From: Octopus vulgaris
Lineage: Eukaryota
DNA length: 64,000 nucleotides
Assembly: GCA_951406725.2 (NCBI GenBank)
Contig: OX597815.1
Span: forward strand, 153,636,001-153,700,000
Reading direction: 5' to 3'
The position numbers were made by a program, and so were the translations under genes. The notes under the pieces are model-generated. The model did not search any database, was not told the DNA's origin, and was given only the letters and a program-made list of their open reading frames with translations. Below are positions 51,329 to 63,783 of the stretch, one piece after another; positions within the stretch are counted from its first letter, which is position 1, and every line of letters starts with the position of its first letter.

Positions 51329-52159
51329 ATGTTTAAATATTGCTTGATAAATTTGCTCGTAAATTTTTTACCGGCATCCTCTCTGTAACCTGGTATGATT
51401 TGCGTCTGCGCACTGGTTTGAAAAGTTAGGGTATACAGATCGTTAGATTTGCACGTGCTTCTAACGGTTAGAGAGATTTAGAAATAATAATATTTTTATT
51501 TTTGAAAGCCAGTAGATGTGGATATGATTAGTATATATATATATCATAGTAGTAACCAATCTATGTGGAGCTCTAAATTCAACAGTAACAGTCTACGTCT
51601 AACTGTACACACAAGATACACTATATATGTATCGCTCTGTCTGTCTGCCTCTCTTTTCTCTCTCTCTCTCTCTCTGCACACACATTATATATGTGTGCGT
51701 TTCTAGATAGGTAGATAGATTGATAGATAGATAAAGGGAGAAAGAGAGAAACAGGGAGATTGTATATTGTGTGTACAGCTAGATATACAATTGTTACTGT
51801 TTGAATTATCACGAAAATTATCATCATCGATGGTACTTCCAGTATAATAGTGGTTTGGTTACTAATATAATTAGTAGTATTTCTAGTTATGTACAGAAAA
51901 GTAGGTAGGAGGAATTACGATAAACACAAGTTCATATAATTTGTTCTCTACGTATGTTGCACCATTGTGGTTGTTTAGAAACTCTGCATTGAGTGTTCCA
52001 AGAGCAGTTGGATGCTTAACCACAATAGATTCTCATATAGGAATACTTTATGACATTAAGTTTGAGATCAAATGTTTGAAGTTGGATAGATGGTGAAACT
52101 TTTTATAAGTGTTTTAAGGGAAATTGATAAGCCAATAGCATAGAGAAGGAGAGAAAAAG

Positions 52160-52193
<34 letters not shown>

Positions 52194-52561
52194 TAAGAGA
52201 GAATGTATTGTATACGAATGTAGGTTGTATTAAAAGCCTACTAAAGAATTATAGTTATACTTATATGTATATTCATATATGTAAAGTATATGTAAGCATG
52301 AATTCGGACAAAAATGAAATCACGTTCTTCAATTCTAGGACATAATAATGATTTGAAATTTTGGCACATGAGCAACAATTTTATTGGGTTGAGGTTAGTC
52401 TGTTACATCGATCCCAATATTCATTTTACCGACTCCGAAAGGATGAAAGGCAAACTAGACCTCAGCAGAATTTGAACTCAATCCGTAAAGAGCCAGAAGC
52501 AATGTCACTGACGCGCTAACAATTCTGTCAGCTATTATATCCTTATTCTAGGATATAATAA

Positions 52562-53560
52562 TAACAAGAGCACTCAGAGAGCGCAAACCTCCGCCAAGGT
52601 AATACCAACGTCTTCTCAACTATTAGCCGGAGTTGATTTTTGAAATGAGAATATCTGAAATAAACTTGACTGCTCTCACAAACGAGAATGCTAAAAATGA
52701 ACCCAACCGCTCTCAAGAATTAATATAAAAAAAAACAAAACAGAAAATAATCCAGAATCCTTGTCCGGTACCTGATCGATCCCAATGGTAGTCATAGAAT
52801 GTGAAGGTGGGTGTGCGGGCCGTATTTGTAATGCTGTGTGTGTGTCGTCTACAGTGGGAACAGGGATAGTTTTCTTTATAAAGGCCTTTTTTTTAGTATA
52901 TCCACTGATATAGTGTCTTTACGACCATTAAGGTCTATAGTGAAAAATTTATCCGTGCGTGAAAGAAAACGGAAAGAACTTGCATAAGGTGCTGTTAACG
53001 GGGGTTTAACAACATCGTTGTGCACAAAAACGTGAGTCCAAGAGGTAAAGCTTTCTTCAAGGTAGAGCTAGAAATGCAATTTCAAGTAGGTAAGAGGTTT
53101 TAAACAGGAGCGATGTATTCAAAATTGGTAAGACTAAAAATTGTCTAGGATAAATTAAATTTATTATTGTTACTGAATATGTTAGTGTTATTTAATTTGT
53201 GAACGGTTTTGCTGCCGTTTGTTTATGTAGTTTGAATAGATAATAGAGAAACTAAAATAAAACTTTGGAAACAACAACGTCGCCATAATTTATCAGGAGA
53301 CCATGAGCGTGCTTTAAAGGAAGATAATCAGAGATCGTAATACTTCATGTAAAGTAAAGTAAATATAACAAATAATCCAGAAACCTTGTCCGGTACCGGA
53401 TTGATCCCAAAATCTAATCAGTTCGTGCTAGTAACGAGGCGCCAAACATTCCTGAAAGTTTCATTCGAATCCATCCAGCGGTTTATGAGATATTTTGTCC
53501 TCGGACAAACAAACACAACTAAAAACAATACTTCCGCCTTCGCTAAGGCGGTGGTAATAA
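52562..53560. mobile_element. Helentron-associated (HINE-like) non-autonomous element interrupted by an insertion
   Basis: Terminal hairpin gcactc-aga-gagcgc next to acctccgcc, with inverted ggcggtggt at the other end. aataatccagaa.ccttgtccggtacc is duplicated at 52746 and 53372 around the insert. Confidence 0.45.
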
Positions 53561-54474
53561 TCATGATTTCTTTCCATGACACAAAGCTACACAACTTACT
53601 GTTGTCGCTTATATCGATCTCAGTACTTCACTGATATTCATGATATCTATCTCGGAGAAATGTAATGTTAAGTCGCTTTCAGTAAGATTTGAACTGAAAA
53701 TGTTAAGGATAATGAAATACCAGATGGAATGAAATCCAACACCAGACCGGTTTTGTCACACCAAATGATATATTTATGTTTACGGCAAGCTTCTGGTACA
53801 CCACTACTTTCCATTCATTACTTTTTACTTATTAAATATTCTTCTACCGGAGAAACTTTAAAACTTTAAAGTCCATGTCAGTATAACCCCGTTTTTTATT
53901 GTATCGATCCTGACGAGGTGATATGAACTCAAAACACTATTGAATGAAGTTAATGTTATTTTGAGTTTAATACTTTGAAAACAAAATATATCTAAAAATA
54001 AACTTTATTGTGCAGAGCATCATTCAACCTCTTCTATGGGATACTGTCTGAAATTTGATATTTAGTAATTTTATCAATTCCTTTTCACTAAAGTTTTACC
54101 AATCGACCTTTCAGCAAAATGCTGCTTGTATATCAAAGGACGAATGTTTTCTTTTTTTTATATCATGAGGAATTCTATTTCTGTCTATTTACAGTTTCCT
54201 CATATAACACGCAAACAGACTGTTAACTGAATATTATTGTGTAAATGAATTTTTGTTATTTCGTCAAAGGAGGAGAGAAATAACTGTTTGAGATTGGAAA
54301 CAACATATGATTGATGTTTGTAGGAAAAATTGAGAATGATTTTCTATGAGTTGTAGTTCATATGAAGAAGGTGACGGTCGAAATATTTAGTACTGGGTTC
54401 GAGGGCGATGACTTTCAGAAGTAATTGTAGTAGCACAGAAGAAATAAAGTTAGAAAAATGTAGGTGTTGTGCAG

Positions 54475-54750
54475 GGGTTCTGGACTAATGCCCTAAGACA
54501 AAAGCCCCTTAAGACAAAAGCCCCTTAAGACAAAAGCCTCTTAAGACAAAAGCCCCTGGGACAAAAGCCTCACGGTTATATGTTTCGTTTATTTTTCTTT
54601 TTACATGTTGCAGTCATTAGACTGTGGCCATGCTGGGGCACCACCTTGAGGAATTTTTAGTCGAATGTATCGACTCCAGAATTGTTTTAAATGATTTTCA
54701 ACCAACGCATGAAGTTAAGCCTAGAAGGTCTCTCCACATGCTAGAAATAA
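54475..54750. mobile_element. Second left-end copy of the (GACAAAAGCCCC)n foldback element
   Basis: Colinear with 33640-33870, including the captured SINE tail and the catgaagt.aagc.tagaaggtctctc segment. Confidence 0.7.
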
Positions 54751-55107
54751 CATTCTCAATATATAAATTACATTTTTTTTTTGTAAATCTCATTTGTGCT
54801 TTGAAAAAGATCAGCAGCAGCTTAGTATTTTTTAAAACTCTGACGAAGAATCGCAATTATTTCTAACAAAGACACAAGGCCAGAACTTTGGAAGACAGGT
54901 TTGGTCGATTACATCGATCCCAATATTTGGTTAATATTTACCGTTATCGGCCCCGAAAGTATGAAAGGCAAACGTTACCTCGGCTGGATTTAAACTCAGA
55001 ACTTAAAGAGCAGTCGCTCTAAAGATTCTACAAAATAGCCTGGTCTTGAAGAGGAATTATAACAACTGAAATAAAGTGTTGTGAATATGATATCTCTCTT
55101 TCTCTCA

Positions 55108-55503
55108 TTTACTTGTTTCAGTCATTTGACTGCGGCCATGCTGGAGCACCGCCTTTGATCGAGCAACTCGACCCCGGGACTTATTCTTTTGTAAGTCCAG
55201 TACTTATTCTATCGGTCTCTTTTGCCGAACCGCTAAGTAATGGGGACATAAACACACCAGCATCGGTTGTCAAGCAATGCTAGGGGGACAAACACAGACA
55301 TACAAACACACACACGCATATATATATATATACATATATACGACGGGCTTCTTTCAGTTCCCGTCTACCAAATCCACTCACAAGGCTTTGGTCGGCCCGA
55401 AGCTATAATAGAAGACACTTGCCCAAGGTGCTACGCAGTGGAACTGAACCCGGAACCATGTGGTTGGTAAACAAGCTACTTACCACACAACCACTCCTGC
55501 GCC
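55108..55503 (-). mobile_element. Full-length tRNA-derived SINE (same family as 24165-24543)
   Basis: Reverse complement of the 24165 copy over its whole length; CpGs retained. Confidence 0.88.
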
Positions 55504-57485
55504 TGTGATATGTAAGAACATCATACAAAACCACAGGAGATTCATTGTATAAAATAAATTTAGTTGTCGATGGAGTAACTTATCTTCTATTGTTACTAAA
55601 ATGAAGACATTTCAATAAACTTCTGACTGCTGCCTACCTATAATTGTGCTAACAGCTCATCTCATAGCTAGATAGTCGACCTCTACGCTAACTAGTCACT
55701 GAATCTAATTCTTTTATTGAATGTATTGAATGTGTTCAAGATACCGAACTTCATTTATTGGAGATCAGATCAGCCGGGAAATGAAGGAGAACGAACATGT
55801 GATGGTGCAGTGAATTGGTTGAAAATAAACGAATAGATTGGTGGTTGTCGGCAAGAATGATTGAATAAATGAATAAATTACCAGATGAAATTCTCCAGTA
55901 CCCTGTTCCAGTTGTTAAAGTGCTGGACAATGAACTAGCAAGTTCATGTTTGAAGCTTGGCATCACATTTAATTATCAATAAGCATCAGTGGCAACACAA
56001 CTGAAATAATGAAAAAAGATTTTGTCAGTTTGCAGTAACGTGTTTAACTCAATCAGTGAGTATTGTTGGAAGAGGGATTGTGTACGTTAAACTGATTTGT
56101 TTGTGAGGAACTACATGAAGGCGGAGTGTTCAGTGGTTGGCTATGACCCAGCAAGGTAAGGAAGTCACTTGAATAGCATGCTACCGTAGATTTTTTTTTT
56201 ATAGTTCGTTATATTTAAAATTGTATTTAATTTTTACAGAATGATCATGATAAAAGCACCATTTATCATCACTACAATCAGCCCCTCTGATTGTTCAGGA
56301 TCGTCTAACCTACGCTTACCTCTTTGCTGTGCTGTATCACTTATAGGCCATTGGAATGCAAATTTGCTATGAGCAATGCAAATAAGGTGACAACGTTTCC
56401 TCTTCACAATAAATTTTTAAATGCTTCATGGAATATTTCAGCAGAAAGTTTAATTTTGTTATGAAGAAACATAGAAATAACTAACACAATACTTTCGTTT
56501 GAAATAATTTCACTTTCGATTACGTCATTAATACTATTAGAAAAGCACGAAAATCTTTAAAAGTCAAGATTCATCTACTTGCAAAACAAATGAACACTGA
56601 TATAAAAAGAACAGTTCATTAAACCAACATGCTTCCATACGTTTTATTATTCAGAACATTTACATTTACATAAGCGCAACAATTATTTGTACAAAAGATA
56701 GTGTATGTGACAGTTAAAAGTCTTCATTGCATAAATCATTTTAGTTTATTAAATGAAAATTGCTCATGTTTTATTAAAGACCGAATAAACAGAAAGAGTG
56801 AGAACTCTTTATCACAAAACTAACCAAAAGAGTCCTGTATCGTACCTGAGGTTGTACTGTTCGATGGTTAAATATCCCAACTTTTATAACATTCGACTAA
56901 ATTTGACAGTTCGCATAAAGGCAAAACACAATACTCCATCTAAAAATAAAAGTATTTTTAAAAAAATCAAACAATATCAACTAGATTATGGTTGGGAGAT
57001 AACAGTTTATTCAAAGTAGCCGGGACCTGGTTATATGCGGTCCTCACTGTGTCCCTGAGAATATCTTTAAATACCTCCTTGGTTTGTCCACCAGTTCGGT
57101 CTTGATGTTGCAAGTAGGGCAGTTGGTGTCTTTCTCAACCTCACATTAGACATAGCAATCCTTGGAATTACAATAGGGGGAATTAACAGGCCAGAAATTG
57201 AGGCTAGTGAAGTCGAAGAAATTCTACGACAAACTCTTCTGACTTTTTTCGGGGGTTTGGCCAAGAACCGAATCCTGCTGCCACGCATATGGCTTTCCAA
57301 CAACGACTCTCTCTAACCAGGGATCAACTTCAATCCCTTGCAGTTTCCCATGGCTGTTTGAATTGAGTCTAAGGCTCTGCTTAAAGATATGGCGATGAAT
57401 ACCAGCGTGCGGACGCAATCAGCATACTTGCTATGTTCCTTTCTATTGACAACGGCTTCGTAGTCTCCATTGCAGCTAAACCATG

Positions 57486-57745
57486 TTAGTTAGTTAGTTA
57501 GTTAATTGGCTCAAAAGCAAATAGCAAGGCCATGTAGGGGGACATGGAGTTAAGTACAGGGTGGTGTTCATGTAAAGAGTTCAGGCCACTTGAGGTCCAG
57601 GGAGGCTTTGAACAAAGCGGTCGTCGGCATCTTCACCATCTCGTCTGGCAGCTTGTTCCACGGATCCGCAACCCGGACGGAGAAAGCTCCTCTCCTTCGA
57701 TTGAGATGAAATCGTCGCAGGTAGAGCTTTTCGGAATGACCCCGC
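57486..57745 (-). mobile_element. CR1-group LINE 3' fragment with (TAAC)n tail
   Basis: Minus frame LRGHSEKLYLRRFHLNRRRGAFSVRVADPWNKLPDEMV...FKASLD. Confidence 0.78.
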
Positions 57746-59431
57746 AGCCGACGCTCTTACATGTCTTACAGCCTTTATAGTGTTCACATAGCATTGGACA
57801 GCAGTCAATGATGTCGGTATTTTAATTCCCGGTGCAAATCATCACGATACGAGTAACTCTTTTACAATATTCAGATGGCTGCCAATGTAGCAGAGCTACA
57901 TATTACATAATAATATGTGTGTCGATCTGCACAGCAGACGAATATATCGATGAGGCGTCTAGCATCGCTTTGATACACTAGCCTTGCTTTGATACAGCAG
58001 TCTCGTTCTGAGACACTGGCTTCGTTCTGAGCTACACTGTAGAAACGCTACTAGTTCCTGCCAGACACATGTCTTTTCTGCAGCTCAACGCGCAATCTCC
58101 CACGTGCGACTCACATGTCGACACAAGATATATTCATCTCGACACAAGATATATTGGTTCGTAAGCGAAGATATTTTATCCCACACACAGTCTCAAAAAC
58201 TGTTCTCATACCATACATGCATACATACTATAATACAAATATTATTATATCTTACTTTCCGTGCAAAAGCAAAAATCAAAACTTTCTTTTACCACAAGGT
58301 GAACACAGAATAAACAATATATTTATACACAAAAATGTCTTATGGTGATTCATACTTACTGTTTTTTTCCATTTAATAACACGCACTTAAAACAGCCAAC
58401 GACAGCCGCTCTACCAGTACTCCATGTCAGCTAACTTTTCTTAAGTACAACCTTAATCCTTATACTCTCCAACACCGTTGATTGTTAATTGATATATAAA
58501 GCTGTTCCCGAAAAAAGAAAAAGGAGATATTACAAAAAATCGTCAAATTTATCCCGGACACCCAGTATTTAGTGGGAAAAATTCACAAAACTTCCAAGTC
58601 TACTGCTCTGTGGGACTGCATCCGAAACCGCATGGCTATGGAACAAACTTCTTAACCACCAAGCCATGTCTATGACTACAGCCTTACCTATCTCTGTCTT
58701 ATGATGAGCAAATACATTTTTACTACTAGAAGTTTCACAAAGGATAGCTAATAATAAATATTTATATTAATAAGCAATGAACATATACATAAAACAATAT
58801 AACATAAATAATAAACTGGTCATTGACAAGTGGGTATCCGTCAAATGCTCTTTCATTTTCACCACTAGTAAATAGGAAAGAACGTGAGATATACGCATCT
58901 ATCTATCTATCTATCTATCTATCTAGCTGTCTGTCAGTCAGTCAGTCAGTCAGTCAGTCTGTATGTATGTGTATATGTGTTAGTATGAGCGCGCGTGTGT
59001 ACGAGAGAGAGAGAGAGAGAGTCTCTGTGTGTATATATGTTCATATACATAAATTCATGTTTACATACACATACGTAAAAATATGAGAGAGAAAGAGAGG
59101 GAGAGAGAGAGAGGAAGAGGAGAAACGAATGTATGTAACAGTATATATATTTATAAAACATTTTATCTTGAAAGAATCGCTTTCTTTCTTGACAGATTGT
59201 CTCTTTATATATTAAACATATTCCAGTCAGGGACAGGAAAACCTAGACTGTTTGTGGCAGATCTATTCTGCATTACATTCGGGTATAATAATATAGATTT
59301 CAACGATTTATGCAAACATGCATTTGAATACAATACAATTACAATTATACAATTGTATTAAAACAGTTGTGGAAATACAAGGCGGCAATGTTCGAATGTT
59401 GGTGTTTGTTTGTTTGATTGTGTGTGTGTGT

Positions 59432-59462
<31 letters not shown>

Positions 59463-59889
59463 AGTGTTTGTGTGAGTGCATATCAGCAGAGCAGGTCTCA
59501 ATGTTGAATAAATGAAGCTGGCGTGAATATATGAAATATAGGGAATATTTAAAACTAGGCAGAAGCTGTAAGGAAAAAAAACAAAGCAAAAAGAAAAACA
59601 AAACAAACCACTAAAAATAGGCGTGGCTGTAAGGTAAGAAGCTTGCTTCCCTACCAAAAAATTCCCGGTTCAGTCCCACTGACTTCTACTATAGCTTCGG
59701 GCCGACCGGAACCTTGTGAGTAGATTTGGTGTGGTCGGAAACTAGAATAAGCTCGTCGTCGTCGTCGTATATATATATATATATATATATCTTCAAATTC
59801 AAAATTCACATTCAAAATGTGACCGCGTGTGTACCGTTGGCGATTTTTTTCTCTCTGTCTTCCCTTCTCTGGATCTTTCCTTCTCCTAT

Positions 59890-59924
59890 GTTTCCGATGA
59901 AGAGCTCCGCTCGAAACGTTAAAC
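59890..59924 (+). ncRNA. Minimal type I hammerhead motif (U4>C) in repeat 59790-60016
   Basis: GTTT-CCGATGA-a-GAGC tcc GCTC-GAAA-CG-TT-AAAC; palindromic ACGT stem III. Confidence 0.55.
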
Positions 59925-60011
59925 CCTCCTTCTTTCCTTAGCATCCAATAATACTATATTTGTTCCACGTCCTCGCGTTGTTGTGTTTTTTTTGTGCATT
60001 CTTGTTTGGAT

Positions 60012-60055
<44 letters not shown>

Positions 60056-60059
<4 letters not shown>

Positions 60060-61367
60060 GTTGGCAACTAAGTTCTCGCGGTTTTTTAAATTAGAATTTT
60101 TGAAAAGGTTTAATAAAAAATAACAACTAATTAATCAATAATCTATTCACTCTTGTTTACAACTTCTTCCCAACGTTCAACAAAATTTTCAATACCTCGT
60201 CGGTAGAAATCACCCGATTTCGACTCGAAAAATTGATCCAACCAAGCTCTCAATTCTGCATCAGTATTGGACGAAACTCTGCACATAGCATTTCAAATTG
60301 ATCAAAAGAGGTGGAAATCCGTTGGTGCCAAATCAGGAGAGTACGGCGGGTGTGGCAGCACTTCCCAGTTATGCGTTTGAATGGCTTCCTTGGTCATTTT
60401 GGCGATATGAGGGCAGGCGTTGTCGTGCAGTAGAAGAACTCCAAGCTGCCGATTAGGTCTTTTCTCTTGAATAGCCATGTTGAGTCGTTCCATCTGTTGA
60501 ACATAGAGTTCTGTGTTGACCGTTTGGTTCCGTTCAAGCAATTCGTAATTAATAATCCCTTCCCAGTCTCACCATACGCACAACATCGTTTTATGCGGAC
60601 GAAGATCTTTGTTTCACGTGATGTGTTGCTTGTTTATCGGGGCTAATCCATTCCTTACGCTGCTTCATATTGATGCGCATGCACCATTTTTCGTCGCCAG
60701 TAACGATTCGGTAAAAAAAAATTGTTGCTTGTGGCCTTGAGTTGAGTGGCGACGAGTAAGCAAATCAGAGGAGATTGTGGCTCGTTGATTTTTGTTGTTG
60801 TCAATTAAAGCATGCGAAACACATACTCCATATTCCTGAACCTTTCCCATTGAGTGAAGATGCTTCTCTATAGCAGTGTGGGAACATTCCATTTTCTCTG
60901 CTAGTTCCCTTGTCGTTTGACGAGAATTTTCGTGCAAAAGTTGGTTTAATCGCTTTTCATCGAACTCAACTGAACAGCCAGAACGAGGTGCGTCTTTGAG
61001 GTCAAAATTTCCATTTTTGAACTTGGCATCACGAGCGGTTCTTTCAGCTATGGCACCCTCTCCATACACAGCACAAATGTCGCGAGCAGCTTTTACGGCC
61101 TTAGAACCTTGATTAAAGCAAAAAGAAGGAGGTGTCAAGAATGCTCGTTTTTCTTAACTTGACATTCTATTTTAATGATCTGAAAATAAAACAAAAATTA
61201 ACTAAAATTAACTAGACCCCCCCCCCCCCCAAACAAAAAAGAAAAAGATTCCAAAATTAGAATTCTCGTAAAAAATAGAATTCTCGTAAAAAATAGACTC
61301 CAAAATTTAAAAATGTAATAAATTCCAAAATTAAAAAGAAACGGCAGGAACTTAGTTGCCAACCCAA
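60056..61367 (-). mobile_element. Full-length mariner transposon with frameshifted D,D34D transposase
   Basis: TIRs TTGGGTTGGCAACTAAGTTC / GAACTTAGTTGCCAACCCAA in (TA)n; 1.31 kb. Motifs include the HTH region (AARDICAVYGEGAIAERT...DAPRSG), LLHDNACPH and HPPYSPDLAPTDFHLF. Confidence 0.95.
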
Positions 61368-61460
61368 TATATATATAATATAAGGATAAAATCTATAGAA
61401 GAATTTATCAAATAGCCTGCGTGAAAAACCATTTCAGGAAAGAAAAAACAACAAAATATA

Positions 61461-61716
61461 TAATTTTTCCCTTTAAATATAAATACATTCATTATATTAA
61501 GGGCTATTACAACACATAAATGCATCACGCTGTAAGGTAGCTTCCAAGTTGCATTCCGCAGCTTTCGATGCCGTGTAATGTAATGTATAATTTGTCCCTT
61601 TAAATATAAATACATTCATTATATTAAGGGCTATTACAACACATAAATGCATCATACTGTAAGGTAGCTTCCAAGTTGCATTCCGCAGCTTTCGATGCCG
61701 TGTAATGTAATGTAAT
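61461..61716. repeat. Tandem duplication, ~127-bp unit x2
   Basis: ccctttaaatataaatacattc...gatgccgtgtaatgtaatgta starts at 61469 and 61596. Confidence 0.9.
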
Positions 61717-61754
61717 ATAATATAATATAATATAATATAATATAATATAATATA

Positions 61755-61796
<42 letters not shown>

Positions 61797-61988
61797 TAAT
61801 ACTAAGCAATTAAGGGTTTAGCAACGAATTGCCTCACCACACACCGAATTTAGAAATAGCAGTCAAAGAGTTATAGCTGTTCTTTCTACTAAAAGGGAGA
61901 TCTCAGTAAAAACACAGCACTTGAATGGCAAACACAGACAGGTAAGAGAGAATGAAATGACGGCAATCTATCATACAATTTTAAGTCA

Positions 61989-62079
61989 CCTACGGACGTA
62001 CGTTTCGAAATTAAGTTTTAGGAAAGCATAAGAATTAGATAATTATATCTTACCCAACTTCTTTTCTCATCAGCGTAGG
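61989..62079 (-). ncRNA. Type I hammerhead ribozyme, copy 1
   Basis: CCTACG-CTGATGA-GAAA(ag AAGTT gg GTAAGA..TCTTAT..AACTT aa)TTTC-GAAA-CGTACG-TC-CGTAGG: 6-bp stem I, perfect core, G10.1-C11.1, palindromic stem III, GUC site. Confidence 0.9.
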
Positions 62080-62572
62080 ACACTACAATTATAAATAATT
62101 GTATATTAAATTTCGAGATACTAGAAGGCATCATCTCAACTCAGTATCAGAGCGAGCTAAAAGCTGTTACCAGTATCACCAAATTCAAAGTGTGAATGAA
62201 AGTTTGTGTCACCAGCCCCTTCCCACCCGCGTGTAGCCAAGACAAGATGCTGCGGTCATTTACTGGGATGAAATATGGTTATCAGTAACAATATAGGGTG
62301 AAATTAATTAATTTGGAATAATTATTAATTACACCAAGTAGATTTCGGCATGTAAAAGCCTCATTCGAGGAAAATTTAAGTAATACTAAGCAATTAAGGG
62401 TTTAGCAACGAATTGCCTCACCACACACCGAATTTAGAAATAGCAGTCAAAGAGTTATAGCTATTCTTTCTACTAAAAGGGAGATCTCAGTAAAAACACA
62501 GCACTTGAATGGCAAACACAGACAGGTAAGAGAGAATGAAATGACGGCAATCTATCATACAATTTTAAGTCA

Positions 62573-62663
62573 CCTACGGACGTACGTTTCGAAATTAAGT
62601 TTTAGGAAAGCATAAGAATTAGATAATTATATCTTACCCAACTTCTTTTCTCATCAGCGTAGG
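62573..62663 (-). ncRNA. Type I hammerhead ribozyme, copy 2
   Basis: Identical to 61989-62079. Confidence 0.9.
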
Positions 62664-63236
62664 ACACTACAATTATGAATAATTGTATATTAAATTTCGA
62701 GATACTAGAAGGCATCATCTCAACTCAGTATCAGAGCGAGCTAAAAGCCGTTACCAGTATCACCAAATTCAAAGTGTGAATGAAAGTTTGTGTCACCAGA
62801 CGCACAGAATAACAGCAATCAATTAACGACAGCGGCGGGCACATCAAACAACAGCAATCTGACTGTCGCCTGTACTTTTGACAAGAGATGCCAGTTAGTC
62901 TTTTATACCTACCTGGCTCGTTCGTATTAGCCCGACTTAATGGATAACTTTTCGCTCCTTTCAGAATATTGTAGAACGGAAACTTTTCATAGACTGGAAT
63001 TTAAATCCTAGTCTCTATAGAAATTTATTGTTTCAAGAAAACATTGAATTTGAATTACTTATAATTTTTACGATTATAGATAACAACTCGGGCTGTAACT
63101 TATGAGCCCGATTCAGGCACATGTGGACGATGTCGAGAGAACGTCTGCTACGAATGAAAAAAATACAAAAATCCTTGTATAGAACTGTGCGCTTCACAGT
63201 CCCAACGATGTGGTCCGAGATAGGAAGCCGCACGCT

Positions 63237-63303
<67 letters not shown>

Positions 63304-63604
63304 TTTGGTTCACGCAGTGCCGACTCTGGTGTGCTGGTGTAAGGTAGTGTTTCTTTTTGATTCCGCGAATGTTGTGCTTAAAAACGTGTTTATATTCTTG
63401 AATGTGATAAAGTGTAGAATTAGATTATTATCCTGCTTCCAGCTACAGTGTTGATGACAGGATATGAAAAATAGGACAGATTAACCCCACTTATTTTGTG
63501 ATTTAGGAGGGATTTTTGAAAAACAAGGGGTAATTCGCGGCGGTGTTCAGTGAACAAATTAAACGCTACCCGGCAATGGCTAAAACGCAATCCGATCAAA
63601 TTTA

Positions 63605-63783
63605 GGCGGAGGTAAAGAATACGTACATAACCCATTTTCAACATAACAAAAACCCTAACCCTAAATCTAAAACTAACCCTAAACCCTAACCCTAACCCTA
63701 CACCCTAACCCTAAACCCTAACCTTAACCCTAAACTCTAACACTAACCCTAAACACCGGGTGTGCGTATTCTTTACTTTCGCT
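63605..63783. mobile_element. MULE-type MITE with expanded (CCCTAA/CCCTAAA)n array
   Basis: TIRs GGCGGAGGTAAAGAATACGTACA / TGTGCGTATTCTTTACTTTCGCT; 9-bp TSD TCAAATTTA/TCAAGTTTA. Confidence 0.8.

Larger units (their letters stand above)
61793..62799 (-). mobile_element. Hammerhead-containing partial tandem repeat (584-bp period; 423-bp direct repeats); retrozyme / Penelope pseudo-LTR-like
   Basis: 61793-62215 and 62377-62799 differ at about 3 positions by eye. Each contains an identical hammerhead. Abuts (TA)n on the left. Confidence 0.85.

Noticed and set aside
54355-54395. Hammerhead-like ATGAAGA...GAC g GTC GAAA TAT
   Set aside because: C3 is missing and there is no convincing stem I; it could be chance or too decayed to support.
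61461-61716. 127-bp tandem duplication as another ribozyme array
   Set aside because: The minus strand has ggcatc-GAAA-gc but no CUGANGA-like strand or matching stem I that I could find.
63652-63752. Chromosome telomere
   Set aside because: Short, degenerate array enclosed by MITE TIRs and a 9-bp TSD, with ordinary sequence on both sides.
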